DNA of 64,000 nt, taken from NCBI GenBank assembly GCA_014905635.1, contig JABVCE010000014.1, positions 496,001-560,000 of the forward strand, written 5' to 3'. The stretch is from Scenedesmus sp. PABB004 (lineage: Eukaryota). Below the pieces are notes generated by a model, which saw only the letters and a list, made by a program, of their open reading frames with translations, had not been told where the DNA came from and searched no databases. Shown here one piece after another: positions 34,215 through 45,641 of this stretch (the first letter of the stretch is position 1; each line of letters opens with the position of its first letter). Both the position numbers and the translations under genes were made by a program.

Positions 34215-35594
34215 AAGCGGGCCGAGCCCCGAGCGACGACGTGCCCGGCCGCGCGCGCGCCCGGTGGCCGGTCCCTCTTGGTTTCCACCACCGCTCCCTC
34301 TCTGCGCAATACGACCAAGACCGACACGGCTCGCGCTGACCATGAGCAGTGATCGCCGCAGCTCGCGCCACGCGATTTGGCCCACGCGGTTTGGCGCACG
34401 CACGTGCGCGCGCCGCAGCATTCAGCATAGGTTCCTCGAGGGGTGCAGACCAACGCAGGCGGGCATCACGTTCCTACATAGGCTTAGGGCATCATGCCAA
34501 TAGATATACATACGTAAACCTAGGGCGGGCACACAGCATAAAGTAAGTAGCACACCCACACGCGGCGCGAGGGACGATGAGGGTGCAACGACGCCGCAGC
34601 CGCCGGCCGGCGCACAGCGCGGGCGCGGTGCTGGTCGCGCGCTTATGACAGTGGGCGCACGCGGCGCGCGCGCGTGGCGCAGGCCGAGGGGCTGCACATG
34701 GGCAATGCTGCTGCGCAGGTCAGCGTTTTAGGTTGGGCAGGCCAGATGGTGAGTGCTGGGGGCGGGCCCCCTGCTGCTGCGCAGCAGGGGGCCGAGCCTT
34801 ATTCAGTGAGACGCCGAGTGGTGCGCCCGGCGACGATGGCGCTCCCCGCGCCTCGGCGGGCAGGCCAGCACGCGGGGCGCCCCGCCAGGCGCGAGGCTTG
34901 TGCAGCATGGCGGCGGGCGCCGCCCGCGGGCGCCATGCGTCTTGTGTGCCTTGAAATGCCGCGCTTTGGCGCCAGAGTGAATGCCGCGCCCCGCCTGGGG
35001 CCTTCCCATGATCTATCAGCCTACCCCCCCCCCCCCCCTCCCTCCCTCCATCCCGCCGTGCTGGTCACACGGGGCGCCACGCGCCTCCAGCGCAGGTCGT
35101 TTTATGTGCAGCAGCCGGCAGCCCGCACAGCAGCAGGGCGCCGCGGCTCTCGCGCGGCCTATGCACCCCACCGCGCCACGCGGGAGGTCGTACTTGCTGC
35201 TGCGCAGCATGCGTGCTGCGCGCGGCAGCCACCGCGCGCCGTTCAGGGGTCGTCCAGGGGCCTGCCAGGGGCCGTCCAGCACCAGTCCAGCGTGGTCACG
35301 CCGGCCGTGCGATCCGCGCGGAGGTCGTACGCGCTCTCATGCGCAGGCAGCGTCCGCGGCATCGCCGTGCCGCGGCGTCAGTGCGTGCTCCGGCCGCGTG
35401 GGGCGGCAGCCGCCGCCGCGCACTGCAGCACCGCCGCCCCGGCGATGCCGCGGCGGCAGAGAGTGCGCCCCGGCCAGGGGCCATCCCGCAGCCGCCCAGA
35501 CCGCCCACAGTCAGCTGCAACCGCGCTGAGCGCGCCCGGCGCCGTGCCAAGTCCTAGCCAAGTCCGAGCTCAGTCCTCAAATCAGCAAGACCAT

Positions 35595-38500
35595 CTACAG
35601 CGAGGTCGCGAGCGCGCTGTCCACCAGCGCCGTCAGGAATGCGCAGTCAGCCTTGCGCCGCGCCTCGCACGCCCCGTCCCCGCGCGCGCACGCCGCGGCG
35701 CAGTCGGGCTTGCGCACGCGCCCCACGTCGCAGCGCAGCCCCGCGCACGCCTCGTCGTCCGCGGCGCACGCCGCGCCGGCGGCCTTGCAGGCCGCCGGCG
35801 CCGCGCGCGCGCCCGAGGCGTTGGGGCAGCAGGTGCCGGCGCGGCGGAAGTAGTCGTACACGCACTTGCTGCCGGGGCAGCACGCGCCGCCGTTGGGGCA
35901 GGAGCCGCAGGGCCCATACGCGGGGATGCACTGCGTGTCGGGCTGGCACGCCCAGAGCTGCTTCGCGCCTGGGTAGGCCAGCGGTACCGGCTTGCACGTC
36001 GTGCCGGAGCAGCACGTCGCGCCGTCGGCGGCCGCGCCGCAGAACTGGAACGGCCGCCGGCACACTGCCGGGCACGTGGCGTTGGAGCAGGCACCGCCCA
36101 GCGTCCACACGCCGCCGCAGGCCCTCTTGGTCGCCTGGCTGCACGTGCCGGTCGACGCGACGCAGCAGGCGCCCTTGGGCGCGGGGCAGGTGCCGCGCGC
36201 GCACTTGGGCCGCCCGCTCCAGGCGCCGCCCGTCGCGTTGCAGGAGTTCTGGTCGACGACCGCGCAGCTGCCGTCGCCGCGGCAGCACGCGCCGGGGGTG
36301 CCGGGCAGCGGGTTGAGGGCGAGGCAGGCCGCGAGCACGTCGGCGGGCGCCTTGTCCGTCCAGAAGATGCCGCCGGCCTTGTCGCAGCCGTCCGCGGTGC
36401 GCGGCACCACGCGGCGCTGGCTGGAGATGCAGCACGATCCCAGCACGGCCACGCGCACGCGGTCGCGGTTGTTGGTCGGGTCGGCGTCGCTCGACGCGCC
36501 ACTGGTCGCGACGTTGTCGTAGCTGCCCGCCGCGTCGGCGCGCGCGACGATCGTGACGCGCCGGCTCGCGCCGAGCGCGAGGCTCGCAAACTCGCACGCC
36601 ACCTCCTGCCCCGCCCGGTTGCACTCTGCGGGCGCGGGCGGGCGCGGGCGGGCGTGGTCGGGGCGGGCAGCACGCGTCGGCGCGCGCGCCGGCGGCGGCA
36701 GCGGCGGCGGCGGCAGGACGGCGCGCGCCGCGCTGGCGGCGGCGCCGGCCGAGCGCCGCGGCGCCGCGGCGCCGCGCGCGCGGCGCACCTGGCAGCCCTG
36801 GCTCCACCGACACGACGGTCAGGCCCGCCGGGAGCTGGTCGTTGACCTTGACGCCGGCCGCGCCGCCGAGGCCGGCCTCGGTCTTGACGGTCAGCGTGAA
36901 GGTGAGGGTGCCGCCGACAATCACCGAGGCGGGGCTGACGGTCTTTTTAACGCTCACGTCCGGCACGTCCTGGGGCGGGATGGCCACGCGGCAGCACACC
37001 GCCGCGTTGATCGTCGTGCTCGCCGCGTTGGCGGGGTTGGCGACCCAGCCGTCGGGGCAGCGGAAGGGCGCCGGCGCGGGCGCGTTGAGGCGCGCGTTCG
37101 CGCACGTCGCGATGCAGCAGTTGCTGGCCCGCGCCGGCGCGGCGCGCGCCGAGGCGTTGACGAGCGCGCCGGCGGGGCACACAAACGGCATGGGATTGCC
37201 GGGCGCGCCCGGGCGCGTGTCGGCGCAGGTGGGCCTGTCGGCCGGCGGCGCCACGCACTGCGCCTGCCCGCAGGCCTTGTCGGCGGTGAAGCCGCCGCCC
37301 GCGCAGTCGGCCGCGCGGAGCACGTGCGTGCAGTAGTCAGGGCCGGTCTGCGTGCAGCAGGCAGCCTGCGGCGGCCGGGGCGGCGGCCGACGGGCGCGCG
37401 GGTGAGCGCGAACGCGCGCACGCACACGCGACGCACGGCCCGCACACGCGAGCGCGGGGCGCGGGGCGGCTGGCTCGCCGCCGCACCAACCTTGGCAGCC
37501 ACAGTGGCGTTGCCGCTGTTGTTTTCCTTGATCTGGTCGCCCTTGGCCGTCACGGTCGCTGTGTTCACGAACGTTCCCGCGCCCAGCGCCTTGGCGCGCA
37601 GCGCCAGCACGCGCGTCTCGCCCAGCGCGAGCGTGCCCAGCGTGCAGGTCACGACCTGGACCTCGCCCGGCTGGCCCTTGTAGTCGCAGCCTGCGCGGCG
37701 CGGCACAGTGGTGGGCGGCGCGCCCGCCGGCCCGGCCGTTGCGCGCGCGGCCCGCCCCGGCTCGCGTGCAGCAGCCGCCACGCGCGCGTCCGCGCCTTCT
37801 CCCGCGCGCGCGCCCCTCCCCCTGCGCGCGCGCACCCGCGAGCTGGGCGCCGACGAGCGCCAGGCCGGCGGGCAGCGAGTCGACGACGACCACGGCCTGC
37901 GCGCCGTCCACGGGGTCGGCCTCAACGACGTTCACCGTCAGCAGCCAGTCAAACTCCTCGCCGACCAGCACCGCGCTCGCGCTCGCAGCCTTGCTGAGCT
38001 TGACGTCGACCGCCGACTCGGGCGCGATGCCGGGGTCGATGCAGCACACGCCCTTGCTCGGGCTGGTGCTGCCCGCCGCGCTGGCGTTGAACGAGAGGCC
38101 GAGCGCGGTGCAGTTGAAGCGCGCCGGCGGCGAGCGGCCGGGGCTCACGTCGGCGCACGTCGGCGCCGGCGGGTTGACCGGGTTGGTGGTGCAGCACTGA
38201 CCCTGGTTGACCGTGGTCGAGTTGACCGACCGCTCGTCAAAAAGGAACGCCCCGCAGTTGAAGCGCGGCGGGTCGGCGCTCGCCACGAGGCCCGGGTTGC
38301 CGCAGGTGGGAGCACAGCACGCCACCACGCTCGGCGGCGACACGGTGTCCGATGCAGCGGCGCGGGTCGTGTAGGTCGGGCAGCTGCTGAAGGGGCTGGG
38401 CGCGGCGCTCGCGTCGACGTTGCCGCACGTGCGCGTGCAGCACGCGGTGGGGCTCGGCGGCGCGGCAGTGCCCAGCGCAGGGTTGTAGGCCGTGAAGGTG

Positions 38501-40516
38501 GGGCAGCCGCTGAAGGGCACGGGCGTGCCGCCCACGGTGGGTGTGGTGTCGGCGCAGCTGCGGCGCGGGCGGCGGCGGCACCGGCAGGTGAGCGCAGCCG
38601 AGCAAGCGCGACCAGAGCGAGCAGCCCGCGGCAGCGAGCATCACGCGCTCACCTCGGGGGGTTGGGGACCTGCGGGTTGATCAGGGTGGTGGTGCAGCAC
38701 GTGCCCTGGCTGGGGTTGGGTGTGGTCAGGGCGTTGTCGTTGAACAGAAACTGCCCGCAGTTGAAGCGCGGCGGGCTGGCGCTCGCCACGAGGCCCGGGT
38801 TGCCGCAGGTGGGAGCGCAGCACGCCACCACGCTCGGCGGCGACACGGTGTCCGATCCGGCGGCGCGGGTGGTGTAGGTCGGGCAGCTGCTGAAGGCGCT
38901 GGGCGCGGCGCTCGCGTCGACGTTGCCGCACGTGCGCGTGCAGCACGCGGTGGGGCTCGGCGGCGCGGCAGTGCCCAGCGCAGGGCTGTAGGTCGTGAAG
39001 GTGGGGCAGCCGCTGAAGGGTATGGGCGTGCCGCCCACAGTGGGCGTGGTGTCGGCGCAGCTGCGGCGCGGGCGGCGGCGGCACCGGCAGGTGAGCGCAA
39101 ACAAACAACCGCGACCAGAGCGAGCAGCCCGCGGCAACGAGTGTCAATTGCTCACCTCGGAGAGCTGTTGCCCTGCGGGTTGATCAGGTTGGTGGTGCAG
39201 CACGTGCCCTGGTTGATGGTGGTCGAATTGACCGTGCTCGCGTCAGGCACAAACAGCCCGCAGTTGAAGGGCGTCGCGGGGGTGGTCCTGTTCACATTGC
39301 CGCAGGTGCGCGTGCAGCACACGTCAACGCTCGGCAGCGTCGTGTTGGCCTGCGCGGCGATGAAGCTCGTGGAGGCCGGGCAGCTCACGGGCACGGGCGC
39401 GCTGCCCACGGCGGGCGTGGAGTCGGCGCAGCTGCGGCACGCGCAGGCAGTGCAGCGGCGCGGCGGATGAGCTGGCTGCGCTCGGCGGCAGCGGCGGCAG
39501 CGGCGGCAGCGGCCGGCGCGCGGCCGCCAGGGGCGCGCTGCTGCGCCGCGGGCGGCTGCGGCGCCTCACGTGGCGGTGCGGGCGGTGCAGCAGACGGCGG
39601 CGCTGGGGCTGGTCGTGTTGACGGCGGCGTTGTTGAACACGTCTGTGCCGCAGTTGAAGCGCGTCGCGGGGCTGGTCCCGTTGACGTTGCCGCAGGTGCG
39701 CGGCGTGGGCGTCGTCCCACAGGTTGCAAGGCACCCTGCGTCGCGCTGCAGGTTCACGGCCACCTCGCACACCTGCGAGCACGCACGCAGCACAGGACTG
39801 AGCGGACTCTCTCTCGCCGCTGAGTGCGCGCGCGCGGTCAGCGGGGCGCGCCCGCGCCGCACCTTGGAGGGGGGGTCGACCGTGCAGCTGTTCTCGTTGC
39901 CGCTGTAGGAGCCGCCCCCGCCGCAGGTCCGGTTGTTGCCCTGATCAGGCCAAGGCATGTTGCCGTAGAATTTGCCATCATGGAAGTACCAGAGCGTGGC
40001 GGTCAGGCTGCTCGGCACGACCATGGTGATGCTGCCGGTTTCCTTGCAGTAGTCTTCGCCGCCACTGGATCCCGTGTTGCAGGCCTTGAGCGTGCAGTGG
40101 TTGTCGTCGTCGTACGTCGCCGTGCTGCCCTTGATGCAGCAGCCCCATGAGATCGCCGACTTGCACTTGGCGTTGCCGCTGCCGACGACGAGGGACCAGG
40201 TGACCTCGTACTGCTGCTGCGCGTTGCAGGTGCAGGTGAAGCGCGCGCAGGGGCCGCCGACGCTGTACAGGTCGCAGGTGGTGTCGGGGCAGCTGTTTGC
40301 CGCCGCGCGCGTGGAGTCGGGCGCCGCCGGCGCGGGCGAGCGGCGCGGCCGCGGCGAGCGGCGCGGCCGGGGCGAGCGGCGCTGCAGGAGTGCGCGCTCC
40401 GCGCTGCCGTGCGGCTCGTCGGCGCCCCAGGCGCCTGGAGCGTCGGCCGCGGCCGCGTGCGCCGCCGCCAGCAGCAGCGCCAGCGCCGCCAGGCGCAGCT
40501 GCTGCCCCGCGGTCAT
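35595..40516 (-). CDS. Secreted Cys-rich multidomain protein with two DUF11 (conserved repeat domain)-like modules and GACC repeats
   Basis: Signal peptide MTAGQQLRLAALALLLAAAHAAAA, RALLQ site, TCAD/TCGN..CC repeats, DVKLSKAAS..VLVGEEFDWLLTV..VVVVDSLPAGL, DVSVKKTVSP..VGGTLTFTLTV..VNDQLPAGL..DPTNN, then PGACC/KGACC repeats. Confidence 0.85.
38251..39140 (-). repeat. Recent exon+intron tandem duplication, ~503-bp period
   Basis: Near-identical CADTTPTVGGTP.PFSGCPTFT..CCTRTCGNVD..CCAPTCGNPG exons, with similar flanking introns. Confidence 0.88.
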
Positions 40517-42164
40517 CGTGGCGTGAAGTGCGCGGGCGGGAAGCACCAGGAGAGAATGCGCCTCGGAGGTAGTGGCGGCGCGGCACCTGCGCCAGAGCGG
40601 CCGCGGGACAGCAGTCGCCCGTGACCCCCGGGCGACCGAGGAACCGGGCCGCACGTACGCCCGCTAAGAGGGATTTTGATGCAGCCCAGCCGCGCTCGCG
40701 GCGGCGCGGCCCGCGCCGTGCGCTGATCGTCGTCGAGCCACCGCACAGCGATGGGCCGCGCCGGCGACCCGCTCGCCGCGCTCGGCCGCTGCGCGCTCAC
40801 CAGCGAGGTCTTGGATCCTGGGAGCGCTCGTCCGGAGGTCGGGCGCGCCGGCTGCAGGCGGAACCGCGCGTCGGAGGAGTACGCAGCGCAGGCGTGCGGG
40901 CGTGCGGCCGCGTTCAGGCACGCAGAACGTCGGGCGGGGCGGTTCTCGCAGGTCTGGCGGGGGCGGTGGGCGAGCGGGCGGGTGGTTGGTGCGTGCGCGC
41001 GCGCGCGGTCGCCGCGACCAATGGACGCGGCGCGCAGAGGCGCCGGTTGCGGTGTCGCCGCGCGCGAGGGTGCTCCTGGGGCCGTTTCGGGCAGCGCTAG
41101 CGCGCGTCGCCGCCGCGCCCACCTGCGCGGTCGAGGCCTTCAACCAGCCTGGCAGATGGCGGCAGCTGGTTGGCTGGGTTGGCGCGCGCGTGCACGAGCC
41201 CCGCCCGAGCGATCTCTGGGACAGACTTCCTGTGTGTGAGCTGCCACAGGACTGCGGAGCGGCAGCGCATCGCCGTCACCAGCTGCGCGTGCGGCTGCCG
41301 CTCGCCGCCAAATCCTGGTCAGGATCGCAGCAGCCCAGCGGCCTGACTCACGGCTCACTGCAGGCACCACGGGCATCCTGGAGTCGCACGGGCGGCGCAG
41401 CAGCTCACGGACGGCGCAGCGCGCGCGGCACGCGCCTGCTCGCGCGTGGTCGGGCGCACGGCGGAGCCGCGCCGGCGCGCGCCGCCCACCTGCGTGCGGC
41501 TTGGCCACGCACGTGGCCGGGGAATTTCCTGGGATCGGGGTGGCCTCCAAGCGAGCATGCTGGGGTTCATCATCGCAGCTGCTGCGCGGGTGTGCTGGCG
41601 GCAGCGCGACGCGCGGCAGCGCGCGAGGCGGGGTGCGGCGGCGGCGCCGCGCGTGGGCGGGTGGGTGGGCGTGGGCGCCAGGCAGGCGTCTGCAGGCGGT
41701 GCCCTGGTGCGCGTGCCGGCGGTGCCGTGGTGCGCACGTGCGCGTGCTCTGCGCGCGGGCGCGGCGACTGCGGCGCCGGGGCCCCGGCTGCGAGCGAGGG
41801 TTTCGCCGCTGTTGCATGGCGTGCCCGCGTGTCTGCCCGAGTGAGGCGCCGCACAAAGTGTGTCACGTTGGCCGCAGCGCGCTCGCCAAGCGTGCTCGAC
41901 GCTCGAGCTCAAGGCCCGAGTTGCGGCTGGCCCGCGCGCGCGCGGCTCGCACGCCTCCAGCGCGCTCCTTGGAGCATTCGGACCTCTCACTGGGAGGCGC
42001 GGGTGCGGAGGCGGCGCGCGGCGACTGCACGTGGCCCACGCCCACTACAGTACTGAGCCCGCCGGCCGATCAGGGCGCCCGGGCGCCATGCGGGTGCGTC
42101 CAGCGCGCGGGAGCGGCAGGAGGACGACGCTGCCGCGCCGGCGCGCTGCGGCGTCGCAGCCGGG

Positions 42165-44335
42165 ATGCAGCACGCCGCCGCCGCTGGTTCGGCAGCAGCG
42201 CTGCCGCGCCGGGCCGCCGCGTGCAGTGCGTGGCGGCCCGGCTGGGGGCCTCCCTGGGAGTGGCCTGGCCAACCGCTGCGCGTGCGCTGCCCGCCGGTGC
42301 TTCAAGCCCCGCCGCCGCCGGCGCCGCCGCCGCCGCCGCCCGCGCGCGCGCAGGCCCAGCGGGCGCCGACGGGGCCGGGGCCGGGCCTGGGGCACCGGCG
42401 CGGCCGGCCCGCGGCCGCCGCGCGGCCGGCCGGCCGGCCGCGCGCCGCGCGGCCGGCCCCGCGCGCGGCCAGCGACGGCGAGCGCGACCCGATGCTGCTG
42501 CGCCTGCTCGGCCTGGGCGCCGGCGGCGGCGCCGCGCCCCGCGGCGCCGCGCCGCCGCCGCCCGCCACGTCGGCGCCGGGGCTGGGCGCGCTGCGGCAGG
42601 GCGTGATTAACCCGCACCACCCGGTCTACCGCGCGTGGCGGGGGCTGCTCATCGGCGCGGCGGCGCTGACGGGCGTATTTGTGCCGTGGGAGCTGGGGTT
42701 TGGCGACGCGGAGCGGCTCTACTCGTTTGACAGCTGGGCGACGTGGCTCGACCTCGGCCTGGTCGCCCTCTTCCTGGCTGACATCGGTGCGCGCGCGGGC
42801 CTGGCAGGAGGGCCCTGGGCGGGCCAGGGCGGGCGGGCCTGGCAGGAGGGGCCTGGGGAGGCAGAGGGGCGTGGAGGGAGGGCCGGCAGCGCGCGCGCGC
42901 GTGCGCGCATGCGGGCGCGAGCGGGCGTGAGTAGCGCCACGGAGCAGGGCGGCGGCGGGCGGGGCGCTGCCGCGTGGCAGCCCCCGCCGACGCGCGCGCG
43001 CGCGCCGCCGCCGGCGCCGCCGCTGCCGGCCCGCCCAGGCGTGAGCCACGCGGTCGCGTACGAGACGGACGAGCTGCTGGTCGACGAGCCGGGGGCGATC
43101 GCGGCCAACTACCGGCGCCAGCGCCTCGCGCTCGACCTGCTCAGCGCCATACCCTTCGACTGGATCGCCCTCGGCGCCGCCGCCGCGCTCGGCGCCGCGG
43201 CGGCCGGCGGCGGCGGCGGCGACGGCGGCGCCGGCGCCGCCGAGGGCGCCGCGGCCGCGCCGGCGCTGCTCGGCGCTGCAGCCGCGGCGCTCGGCCACGC
43301 GGGCGCGGGCGCGGGCGGTGCCGTGGCCACAGCGGGGCCCGTGCCCGCGCTCGCCTGCCTCAAGGGCCTGCACCTGGTGCGCCCGCGCCCGCGCCCGCCG
43401 CCGCGCGTGCGCCCCTCCCCTCCCTCTCCTCTCCCCCCCCCCTCCTCTCTCCCCCTCCCTCCCTCCCGCGCTCACTCCTCCCTCTCCCTCCACCACTCCC
43501 TCCCGCCCTCCCTCCCTCCCGCGCTCGCTCCTCCCTCCCTCTCACTCCCCCCCCCCCGCAGGTGCGGCTATACCGTGTCCGCTGGTTCTTCCGGTATCTC
43601 GAATACGACCTCACCGTCAGCCTCCTCACCGTCACCGTCGCGCGCAACCTGGTGCGCCGCGCCGCGCGCGCGGACGCCGCGCGCGCGCGGCGCGGGGCGT
43701 GCCCGCCGGGCGCGCGGCGCGGGCCTGGGCCGGGCCGGCGCCGCGCCGCCCGCGTCCTCACGCATCCCTCCCTCCCCCCCCCCCCCCCCCCCCCCCCCTC
43801 AGGTCATCGTGCTGTACCTCACGCACTGGGTGGCCTGCGGCTTCAACCTGCTCGCCCGGGACGGCGGCTACGACCCCGACCTGCTCGTCGGGCTCAACCC
43901 GACGCTCTTCGCCAGCATCAGCGCGCCAGACCAGTACGTGTACTCACTCTACTGGGCCGGTGAGTGAGGTTGAGACACTCTGTTTATTGCCTCAAGGGCG
44001 TGAGCGAGCGATGCGGCGATTGTTTGTTTTGTATTGCAAGGGGCGCTAGGGTTAAGGGCGTCGCGTGGGCCCAGACACGGGGTGGCGCGAGCGCCGCGCC
44101 CGCTGACGCCGGCGCGCTCCCCGCGCCCGCCCCTGCCCCGCTGTGGCCGCGCCCCTTCCGTGCCCCCCCCCCCCTCAGTGACGACGCTCGCGGGGAACGA
44201 GTGGAACGGCATGGACGCTGTGACCGACATGCGCCAGGTCGTGGCCAACACCACACGCGCGGGGTGCGCCGCCCGCGCGCCGCGCGCGCGCCGCGGCCGC
44301 CGCGCCGGCGGCCGCTCCTGCCTCAACCCTGGAAG

Positions 44336-44381
<46 letters not shown>

Positions 44382-45606
44382 AGGGTGTTCCTGCTCTTCA
44401 ACATCGCCCTCGGCGCCTACATCCTGTGAGCACAGCACGCACAGCACACAGCACGCATGCGCACAGCACGCACAGCACGCATGCGCACCGCGCGCACAGC
44501 ACGCTCGTGCAGCGCATGTGCAGCCCTGCGCGCGCGCGCGGGCTCACGCGCCGCCGCTGCCACCGCCGCCCGTGCCCGTGCCCCTTCTCCCCCCCCCCCC
44601 CCCGGCCTGCCCCCAGCGGCACCATCACGCTGCTGGTGGTCAAAAACGACGAACGCACGGGGCGGTGCGCGCGCGCGCGCGCCCCACCCCTCCGCCCGCC
44701 GCCGCGGCCGCACCCCTGCCCGCCATCGCCCCTCCGCGGCCGCCGCCCAGTCACGCCCCTCTCTGCCCGCCGCCTAAACCCCGCCGCTTAAACCCTGCCA
44801 CCATGGCCGCCGCCTGAACCCCGCCAGGTACCGCGACCTGAGCAGCAACCTGAAGACCTACTCCACGCTCAACGCGCTGCCGCCAGAGCTCAAGGACGAG
44901 ATGCAGGAGCACCTGCGCCTCAAGTTCAACCACCAGGAGGCCTCGGACGACCAGGTCAGGAGCCGTGCCGCGCCGCGGGCCCCGCCGCCGCCGCTCGCCG
45001 CCGCGCACCGGTCGGTTTTCGCCGCCGCTCGCCCCGTTGGTTTTTGTCGTCAACGAGCGGGCGGCGTTCGTCCATCAACAACGCCCTGTTAAACCCTGGC
45101 GCCCGCGCCGCCGCCGCGTCCCCGCTAAACCCCGCCCCCAGGTGCTGTCCATCTACCCCACCACCATCCGGCGCCGCATCCTGCGCCACCTGTACCTCCG
45201 CCACCTGCGCGCGTCGTACCTCTTCAGGCGCGTGCGGCGCCAGCGCGGCCGGGGGAGGGACGCACACACGCGCGCGCGCGCGGCCGCAACCCCGGGGAGT
45301 TGGCCGCCGCGCGCCGCCTGTACCCACGCCCACGCGCCGCGCACCCGCTGCGTCCACAGGGGCACGCCGCGCAAGTACCTGGACGCGCTGCTCGCGGCGT
45401 CGCGGCTGGAGCTGTTCCGCCCCGGCGTGGAGATGCTGTCCGCGGGCGACGCAGTGAACGAGCTCTTCGTCGTCGTCGCGGGCCGCGTCGAGCTGCGGTG
45501 CGGGGCGCAGGCGGTTTGCGGGGCGCCCAAGCCGCCCTCCAAGCCGTCCCGGCCGCCCCGCCGCGCGCTCGGCGCCGGTCGCGCGCGCCGCCCGGCCCAC
45601 GCCCGC

Positions 45607-45641
<35 letters not shown>

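Noticed and set aside
40751..41400. Possible gene fragment (MGRAGDPLAALG...; ...DLWDRLPVCELPQ...)
   Set aside because: No recognisable motif or consistent exon chain.
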